Shown piece by piece: positions 18,611 through 24,279 of a DNA stretch of 24,279 bases; the stretch's first letter is position 1, and every line of letters starts with the position of its first letter. The DNA is from a virus. Its lineage: Duplodnaviria > Caudoviricetes. The DNA lies in IMG/VR virus record IMGVR_UViG_3300035561_000031, positions 1 to 24,279 of that record; one strand, 5' to 3'. A model generated the notes under the pieces. The model was not told where the DNA came from. It saw only the letters and a list, made by a program, of their open reading frames with translations, and did not search any database. The translations under genes and the position numbers were made by a program.

Positions 18611-19105
18611 TTACTCACCAGTTTTGAACCTATCCCAGAGTTCCTTCAGCTTAGTCCAGCCGTACATCGCGACAAATGCAACAATAAACCCAGCGATAAC
18701 AGCACCAACGACATAGTACCACAGAATCGCCAAGCCTGCATACGATGCATAAGCGAAGAAAGCTACAAGAGTAAGTACGATAGAAAGGATAAAGACCAAG
18801 ATGTCAGTAGGCAGCTTATCCAGAGGTTTAACCCCCTTAAGAACCTGTGTAATAACCGACACCACAAATGCAATAGCACCTATCGCACCCATGAGAGTAG
18901 TAATCTGTTCAACTATATATTTCACCTCTCGTCTGATGTTATAACAGGTCTTACAATCCTGCCTGTAGACAGTCTTACCATCTCTATCCTTTCCATTCTT
19001 CGGAAAGTCAGTTAGATGCTTAATCTGCCCGCAAAAGACACAGCGCCTCGTGCCGTTGCTAAAGTCCTCAGACGTATACTCACCATACATCTTCTTATTC
19101 CTCAC
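18611..19105 (-). CDS. CxxC-CxxC zinc-finger domain fused in frame to a three-TM holin-like membrane protein (164 aa)
   Basis: N-terminus CVFC...F.KNG...CKTC. The C-terminal ~100 aa has three hydrophobic segments and a charged tail (WTKLKELWDRFKTGE). Confidence 0.7.
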   Translation of the reverse strand: MRNKKMYGEYTSEDFSNGTRRCVFCGQIKHLTDFPKNGKDRDGKTVYRQDCKTCYNIRREVKYIVEQITTLMGAIGAIAFVVSVITQVLKGVKPLDKLPTDILVFILSIVLTLVAFFAYASYAGLAILWYYVVGAVIAGFIVAFVAMYGWTKLKELWDRFKTGE

Positions 19106-19107
19106 GA

Positions 19108-19926
19108 CTAGTCATCATCCTCCATCACAATTGAAGAGCTCTGACCATCCTTATCTACAAGCGCAACTTCTGTAGTTTCTGTGCGGCGCACTCCAATGTG
19201 AGTAATGTCGCCAAGCGCACCAGCTTTAAGCAAGATGTCCATGACTTCCTTGAGGTCATCCTTCTTAGTCTCATTCTTCTTGAGCTCTGGGTTGCCTGTA
19301 TCTACAAGCAGCGGTTGTCTGGCTTCCTCTTGGGCGATAGTATCGATACGAGCCTTACGCTCCATCTCAGTTGCCAACTTAGCTAAGCTAGCAATCTCGC
19401 CTGGCTTCAGAGCCACCGGGTCAATAGTCTCAATTGCCTTCTTCAATTTTTCGCGGAGCACAGTAGCCATGTCTACATGCTCCTTATTCATGGTCAAAAT
19501 CTCGTCTCTGCGCTGCAGCATCGTAATGCGGTCACACTCAACCATCCAGGCCTGCATCCTCATTGGGAAGCTCCAACGCTGTGCTATCTTCTTGACCACG
19601 TTGTAGGTAGTCCCAAGCTCCTCGGCGACGGAACCATAAGACGGCTTCTTCCCAGGATAACTGTCCCTATACTTAGTCCAGACAGTGTATTCCCACTGTG
19701 TCTCACCCGGCTGCTGTAACCACAAGTCTATACCTTGCTCCTTAGCCGCCGCGACCCAGTCTTCCTGATGTTGTCTGTAGTAAGTGATACGAGTATTCTC
19801 AGCATTCGCACATTCTACGCAGAGGTGCTTATCTCGACTTGATGCTATCTTCTCCATGCCGCAGCGCTTGCACGTTATCAGCACTTCAGGTATAGCATCG
19901 TTAACTGGTACCAGCTCATCCGGCAT
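19108..19926 (-). CDS. terS: Terminase small subunit with an N-terminal Zn finger (272 aa)
   Basis: HTH-type block WLQQPGET...YRD...SYGSVAEELG...QRWSFPMRMQAW, typical of a TerS family. CKRC...CVEC at the N-terminus. First gene of the late operon, RBS GGAGGTG. Confidence 0.8.
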   Translation of the reverse strand: MPDELVPVNDAIPEVLITCKRCGMEKIASSRDKHLCVECANAENTRITYYRQHQEDWVAAAKEQGIDLWLQQPGETQWEYTVWTKYRDSYPGKKPSYGSVAEELGTTYNVVKKIAQRWSFPMRMQAWMVECDRITMLQRRDEILTMNKEHVDMATVLREKLKKAIETIDPVALKPGEIASLAKLATEMERKARIDTIAQEEARQPLLVDTGNPELKKNETKKDDLKEVMDILLKAGALGDITHIGVRRTETTEVALVDKDGQSSSIVMEDDD

Positions 19927-19978
19927 CTAATCACCTCCAATTTATAGCCTGTCAGAGTGCCTCTGACACCCTCATTAT

Positions 19979-19999
19979 TATTATACGCGCCTTGGTTAC
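19979..19999 (-). promoter_or_regulatory. Putative late promoter (GTAACCAA-N3-GCGTATAATA) for the packaging operon
   Basis: Matches 14979-14999. Followed by a leader hairpin TGTCAGAG/CTCTGACA (19950-19968) and the terS RBS. Confidence 0.7.
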
Positions 20000-20498
20000 C
20001 CGCAATAGCTACAAGTAATATTCTGACATTGTAGATGCCGCGAGGAGTCTGAGTAATTATAACACCCGTTACACGTTCGTAATATTAAAGGCTTATAAAT
20101 CCCCATATAATTACCCACGTACTTGTTATATTTGAATATGGACGCGTAGCACGTAAATTACTCATATAATTATATGTATAATTAACAAAGGGCTTGGAAT
20201 CTACAAGTATTCTTAAATAGGAGCGCTGGGCTAGAGTGCGCGTCGTATATTGGCTCATTTAAGGCCGCGGTGCGACGTACAGTAAGAAGTAGGTATAGAA
20301 TCCCAATATTTTCTGCCAGAATAGATGCCTCGGTCAGGCATTCATTCTGTTCTATATTTAGGCTTTCTATTGTTTCAGTTTGGATTCTCTGTCTATTACA
20401 AGTAATTAAGTTTGGATTAGTTGGCTAGAACAAGCGCCACCGCGCCAGGCGCTGCCGAAATGCACAGAAACCGGTCACAATTTTAGGCTGTTCTGCAC

Positions 20499-20530
20499 AG
20501 AACATTTGTTCTGTGCAGAACAAATGTTCT
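20499..20530. promoter_or_regulatory. Two LexA/DinR-like (Cheo) boxes, AGAAC-ATTT-GTTCT and AGAAC-AAAT-GTTCT
   Basis: Both fit the Firmicutes GAAC-RNRY-GTTC consensus, in opposite orientations and 18 bp apart, about 46 bp upstream of the -35 at 20577. Confidence 0.55.
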
Positions 20531-20576
20531 GTCATATTGCACAAGAAATTTCTTTCAAGTTTGTGCAGTTTGCCTA

Positions 20577-20605
20577 TTTACAAATCCAATCGGATATGAT
20601 ATAAT
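20577..20605 (+). promoter_or_regulatory. sigmaA-type promoter (left P1)
   Basis: TTTACA-17 bp-TATAAT with an extended -10 TG. Confidence 0.85.
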
Positions 20606-20719
20606 ATTATTAGAGAGTGAGTAATGAATCAATCTCAAGCGGAGAGACCCTAGTCAAACCGCACAGAAATTATATCAAATCTCTGGTAGAAATTATTTGA
20701 AAGAAATTTCAAAAAGCTA

Positions 20720-20748
20720 TTTACAAATCGGCCAGAACATGATATAAT
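20720..20748 (+). promoter_or_regulatory. sigmaA-type promoter (left P2), a duplicate of P1
   Basis: TTTACA-17 bp-TATAAT with TG. Shares CTATTTACAAATC, ATGATATAATA and TATTAGAGAGTGAGT with P1, 143 bp upstream. Confidence 0.85.
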
Positions 20749-20808
20749 AATATTAGAGAGTGAGTCAAGAACCACTACTCAAATCAAATAAGAAAGCGAG
20801 AGATTATC

Positions 20809-21333
20809 ATGACAAAGACAAATCTGAAAGAAGTAGAAAAGGTAGCAGCGGAGCTGGGCTCAGTGGAGAACATCGCAAGAGAACTTAAAAGGGTTCAATC
20901 AATCAAGTGCCGTCTTAAAAAGCAAAAGGGCAAGGCAACCTATGAGACCGAAATGACCGAGGTTATCAAGCAAGAACAAATCTTAAAAGAAGCCCGCCAA
21001 CTTCTTGACCCTAAGGAAAAGCCCGTAACCCAATATGACCAAGCCGACGTTGACCAACTTGATTATGACAAGACCATCAAAGCCATTCGTTCAATTCAAT
21101 CTAAAAAGACCTTGAGCCGTTGGTTGACCGACGTCGAAGGCGACAACGATGAGTTTAGAAACGCGTGCCAAATCGAAGCCATGTTGATTGCAAGACGTGA
21201 GGCAATAAAGCCGGTCGATGAAAACAACGTGCGTAAAACCGAGATTCAAACCATAATCGATACCATCGAAGGTAGTGGCAAATTGAGCCAGGCGAAGATT
21301 GTAGAATTGTTGAAAGGATTGGTTGAGGCCTAA
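20809..21333 (+). CDS. Hypothetical early protein with two QSKK-type repeats (174 aa)
   Basis: Clean helical ORF downstream of the tandem promoters. Motifs ELKRVQSIK and AIRSIQSKK. Confidence 0.85.
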   Translation: MTKTNLKEVEKVAAELGSVENIARELKRVQSIKCRLKKQKGKATYETEMTEVIKQEQILKEARQLLDPKEKPVTQYDQADVDQLDYDKTIKAIRSIQSKKTLSRWLTDVEGDNDEFRNACQIEAMLIARREAIKPVDENNVRKTEIQTIIDTIEGSGKLSQAKIVELLKGLVEA

Positions 21334-21364
21334 GGGCCTCAACCCCTTAAAAGGAGGTACTGAA

Positions 21365-21604
21365 ATGAAGAGACCTAAAAGGTGGGTAGGGCCTGACCAA
21401 GAGATGACCATAATGAATGCCGATGGAACGGTCGCGGCCGAGATACTACAAAGCGATATTCAGAAGCTGAACAGAGCATTGTATAAAAAGAACGAAGAAC
21501 TGATGGAGAGGTGGGCCACCACGGTGGAGAAGTCCAAGGCCGCCTCGCCCTGGCAGAAGTTCAAAGAACGATTGAAGGAACTCCAAGCAACGCGAGAATT
21601 GTAG
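21365..21604 (+). CDS. Hypothetical protein (79 aa)
   Basis: ATG at 21365 follows AAGGAGG, preferred to the track start at 21323. Followed by a terminator. Confidence 0.8.
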   Translation: MKRPKRWVGPDQEMTIMNADGTVAAEILQSDIQKLNRALYKKNEELMERWATTVEKSKAASPWQKFKERLKELQATREL

Positions 21605-21609
21605 ATAGG

Positions 21610-21638
21610 AGCCGCTCAGAGATGGGCGGCTTTTCTCT
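21610..21638 (+). terminator. Intrinsic terminator
   Basis: AGCCGCTC-agagat-GGGCGGCT followed by TTTCTCT, directly after the stop at 21604. Confidence 0.8.
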
Positions 21639-21672
21639 ATGCCGCAGTGCAGCCTCAGCCAGTCAGCGGGGT

Positions 21673-21685
21673 GGCTATCTACTAG
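21673..21685 (+). repeat. Dispersed hairpin-apex repeat GGCTATCTACTAG, copy 1 of 3
   Basis: Identical 13-mer at 21673, 22346 and 23693, all intergenic and in the same orientation. Confidence 0.85.
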
Positions 21686-21760
21686 CCCGCAGCCAGCCTC
21701 GGCCGGACTGAGCGTAAGCAACGTGAGCAGCCGCGACCAGTCAACGCCGCGCTGCATCGC

Positions 21761-21808
21761 ATAAAAGAAAATGCGGCCGTGTCTTGCCTGAGCGAAGACC
21801 AGCCGCAT
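21761..21808 (-). terminator. Probable intrinsic terminator of the 135-aa gene
   Basis: ATGCGGC/GCCGCAT outer stem and GTCTT/AAGAC inner stem, followed on the minus strand by TTTCTTTTAT. Confidence 0.55.
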
Positions 21809-21816
21809 AAAAGCAA

Positions 21817-22224
21817 CTATTGGCGTTTGAAGGTGCCGTCTGCGTTGTGACAACCGTCGGCTTCGTTCTCGACCCATAGGTCTGAGACAATATCATAGGC
21901 GTCTTGTAGAAACTCGTCTGAGAGATACTCACAACCGAACTCTTTACGAGCACCGGCGATGAACTCTTTGAGTGATACAATTCCGCCGGTCAATCGAGAT
22001 TGTCGGCCATAGATGTCGTATAGCAACGCGTTGCCAATATCGCACGAACTTTCAACGGAGACTATTCTCACTTCATTGCGCCAAATATCTTTATTCGGTT
22101 CAATAATTCGTTCAATATTCGCCGTTTCTCGTATCGCCTCATTGATTTCTTGTAGCTCTTCGTCCGACCAACCGCCTCTTGCTAGATACATGTCAAGTGC
22201 TTGCTTAATTACGTTTAATTTCAT
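21817..22224 (-). CDS. Hypothetical acidic protein (135 aa)
   Basis: ATG at 22224 follows AAAGGAG, preferred to 22242. Has its own promoter and terminator. Confidence 0.8.
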   Translation of the reverse strand: MKLNVIKQALDMYLARGGWSDEELQEINEAIRETANIERIIEPNKDIWRNEVRIVSVESSCDIGNALLYDIYGRQSRLTGGIVSLKEFIAGARKEFGCEYLSDEFLQDAYDIVSDLWVENEADGCHNADGTFKRQ

Positions 22225-22253
22225 ATTATTTGCTCCTTTCATCTTATATTTAT

Positions 22254-22289
22254 ATTATATCATATTTCTTGCGGTTTGTGTCCAGTTTT
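22254..22289 (-). promoter_or_regulatory. Promoter with upstream 16-mer AAAACTGGACACAAAC-N14-TATAAT
   Basis: Extended -10 TGaTATAAT. The same 16-mer at the same spacing occurs at 23556-23591. Confidence 0.75.
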
Positions 22290-22345
22290 CAAATATATTT
22301 CTCACCGCCGCGCCGCTCGTAGTCAGTCACAGCTGGGCTGAGTTG

Positions 22346-22358
22346 GGCTATCTACTAG
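22346..22358 (+). repeat. Dispersed hairpin-apex repeat GGCTATCTACTAG, copy 2 of 3
   Basis: Identical 13-mer inside a long imperfect inverted repeat. Confidence 0.85.
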
Positions 22359-22489
22359 TCTGCAGCCAGCCGCAGCGAGACTGTGAGGAATAGAGCCACC
22401 GAAGCTGTCACTAGTCAGGGTGGTACTGAGCCGCATAAAAGCACTCCACGGTGTTGCATGACCGCGGCTGCACCGCAGGCTAAAGATAT

Positions 22490-22523
22490 GACCCGCTGGG
22501 TGACAAGTCCAGCGGGTCTTTAT
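22490..22523. terminator. GC-rich hairpin, probable terminator downstream of the 264-aa gene
   Basis: Perfect 10-bp stem GACCCGCTGG/CCAGCGGGTC with a 9-nt loop. U-tracts are weak on both strands. Confidence 0.6.
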
Positions 22524-22543
22524 GCGAGAGATTATCATTGTAG

Positions 22544-23338
22544 TTATTCGGCTGTTGGTTCTTCAGCTTCGACTTTGCCACCAGCGGCTTCAAGCAGTTT
22601 CTTCAACAGGGCCTTAGCATCAGCGGCCTTGAGGCTGTCAATATCCTTGTCGCCAAGTTCAGCTTTCAACTGTTCACCAGTCTTATCTACAACCACTGTC
22701 TTAACGCCGCCTCCGACACGCATGCCCTTCAGAGTTTCTTCAGCAGCTATGAGCTGAGTCCATCTCTCATCCTCTTCAGTGAAGTCAGCCTTGCTCTTCA
22801 TGATGGACTTCTTCGACTGCACATTGCGGATTTCGCGCTTCAGCGCCTCCTGGTCGTTCTTGAATGTCTCAAGCTCCTCGGCTGTGTACTCGACTGAGCC
22901 CGACGCTCTGCGGTAACCCATTGAGGATTTTGCTTTGCCCATGGCCTGACGAATTAACAGTTCAGACACGGCACCAGACATGAGGTTCCTGTAGTTGTCA
23001 ACGGTCATCACTTTGTTCTTGCTGCGGGAGCGCTTCGACTGTTGGCTCTTCAGCATGCTGTTCAGCGTCTCCTCGTCGAGCTCTTTGAGGAACTCAGCTT
23101 CTACAGTGCTGAGGTCAATCATCAGATTGATTAGCGCGTCCATCGCGTTGTGGTCTATCTTTGAATTTTCGAACTGCTCGCCGTAGGTCTCAGTCTCATC
23201 GCCAATTCTCTTGATGAGGTCCTGAGCGATTGTGTTTGCAATGCTCGTAAGCTGAGCGGTTCCTGCAAGGCTTCTTGCACCTGTGGTAGTGGTTTCATTT
23301 GTGTTCGCTGCGAACAAGTTATTCATTTTTTCAGACAT
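22544..23338 (-). CDS. Hypothetical early protein with two QSKK-type repeats (264 aa)
   Basis: RBS AAAGGAG and tandem promoters upstream. Motifs MLKSQQSKR and EIRNVQSKK. Confidence 0.88.
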   Translation of the reverse strand: MSEKMNNLFAANTNETTTTGARSLAGTAQLTSIANTIAQDLIKRIGDETETYGEQFENSKIDHNAMDALINLMIDLSTVEAEFLKELDEETLNSMLKSQQSKRSRSKNKVMTVDNYRNLMSGAVSELLIRQAMGKAKSSMGYRRASGSVEYTAEELETFKNDQEALKREIRNVQSKKSIMKSKADFTEEDERWTQLIAAEETLKGMRVGGGVKTVVVDKTGEQLKAELGDKDIDSLKAADAKALLKKLLEAAGGKVEAEEPTAE

Positions 23339-23432
23339 GGTAGTCTCCTTTTCTCCGCTTCATCCAAGCGGCTGCCACACTTCGCAGTGGCCAGCTTATT
23401 TGGTTAAGAGCTTCGTTCTTAACTCTATATTT

Positions 23433-23461
23433 ATTATACCATGGAATCATGCGGCTGTACA
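23433..23461 (-). promoter_or_regulatory. sigmaA-type promoter (right P2)
   Basis: TGTACA-17 bp-TATAAT with an extended -10 TG. Confidence 0.8.
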
Positions 23462-23555
23462 TATGTTATTTTAATTTGATGCGGTAGCCGCGTGGTTTGT
23501 TTCCCGTCATGATATAACCGCTAGAGTCGTCACTCAGTTTCTTAACTCTAATATA

Positions 23556-23591
23556 ATTATAACACGGAACTTGTAGTTTGTGTCCAGTTTT
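23556..23591 (-). promoter_or_regulatory. Promoter (right P1), AAAACTGGACACAAAC-N14-TATAAT
   Basis: TGtTATAAT. The 16-mer is shared with 22274-22289. The start region TAGAGTTAAGAA is shared with right P2. Confidence 0.75.
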
Positions 23592-23692
23592 AGGAAAATT
23601 ATTTACCGGCTGCGTCAAACATTTAGATTCGATTCTGCCTGGCCGCGGCGGCACCTCATAGCAGGTAGCCTTGCCTCAGCGCGCCAGCGCCG

Positions 23693-23705
23693 GGCTATCT
23701 ACTAG
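23693..23705 (+). repeat. Dispersed hairpin-apex repeat GGCTATCTACTAG, copy 3 of 3
   Basis: Identical 13-mer inside a long imperfect inverted repeat. Confidence 0.85.
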
Positions 23706-24279
23706 TTCGTGGACAAGCTCGGCTGGCGAGAGCAATGCGGCCATGGTCGGACGGTGCTTAGTGACGCAGTGTAGCCTCGGTCAGTCAATGTTGCGCTTCA
23801 GCCGCCGCGGTCTCATGCAATCTGTGTTGCTTTGCATCGCATAAAAGCACCGAGCCTTACATACCCACGGAGCGAGGCGGCGCTGCATAAAAGCACAGCT
23901 CGGTGTCAGTTCGTCTGTGTTTCATCGCCGAATCGTCCCAGCGGAAAATCTTGACTACTTGGTCTGTGGTACACCGCCGTGTAACTACAAACGGGCATCG
24001 CCACGCGTCGCCGCATAAAAGCCCGTGAGGATGCTTTCTCGCCCGGCTGAGGCTGCGCTACATCTTAAAACTGACTGGAAACATGGCCGCGGCGCCGCCG
24101 TATCTACAGAGTTATTGGACCTAGAGCGGCGTCAGGCCAGATGATTCAGACTGAGAGCTTTGACAACCGTTATAATTATGTATTGCAATAGAATGAATAA
24201 CATCCAGTTCTTTCCTTCTGTTCATAATAAGAAATAATATATATATGTAAGGTATATAGTATTATTATTGGTATATTAT

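Noticed and set aside
14979-19999. The two late-promoter motifs are exactly 5000 bp apart
   Set aside because: No plausible mechanism; treated as coincidence.
20679-20703. The minus strand reads CTTTCAAATAATTTCTACCAGAGAT, resembling a Cas12a direct repeat (possible solitary-repeat RNA anti-CRISPR)
   Set aside because: The TCTAC/GTAGA stem needed for the handle is broken, the match is AT-rich, it is single-copy, and it is antisense to the flanking promoters.
23466-23654. 62-aa minus-strand ORF, and other ORFs across the GC-rich spacers (21446..21877, 21511..21711, 22323..22538, 22383..22757)
   Set aside because: They have no evident RBS, they run through promoters, terminators and hairpins, and high GC makes chance ORFs likely.
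21759-24021. A true CRISPR array built from the GCATAAAAG repeats
   Set aside because: The repeats are only 9-15 nt, occur at most twice in tandem, and no cas gene is present in the window.
24160-24176. TTGACA and TATAAT close together on +
   Set aside because: The spacer is only 5 bp, so this is not a functional sigmaA arrangement.

Overview
Most of this window (1-19926, all on the minus strand) is the late morphogenesis module of a long-tailed dsDNA phage, probably a siphovirus of a Firmicutes host, judged from AGGAGG RBSs and sigmaA-type promoters. In transcription order it encodes TerS, a Zn-finger/holin-like fusion, TerL, a portal, a Nudix-XkdF-like protease fusion, a scaffold, a decoration protein, the major capsid protein, head-tail joining proteins, the major tail protein, an accessory tail gene split by an in-frame amber stop, a tail chaperone with a -1 frameshift, the tape measure, and distal tail/baseplate proteins. 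It ends in a receptor-binding protein with near-identical propeller-like repeats that runs off the left edge. A divergent control region (19927-20808) holds a phage-specific late-promoter motif, paired LexA-like boxes and tandem sigmaA promoters. The region 20809-24279 looks like an early region: four unknown genes separated by GC-rich, structured, repeated non-coding DNA. Its most unusual feature is two mirror-image cassettes, each arranged as promoter, ~60-80 nt structured RNA-like segment, second promoter, hairpin leader, and a gene for a protein with two copies of an unnamed 'QSKK' motif. All family calls come from motif recognition and gene order; no database searches or folding computations were run.
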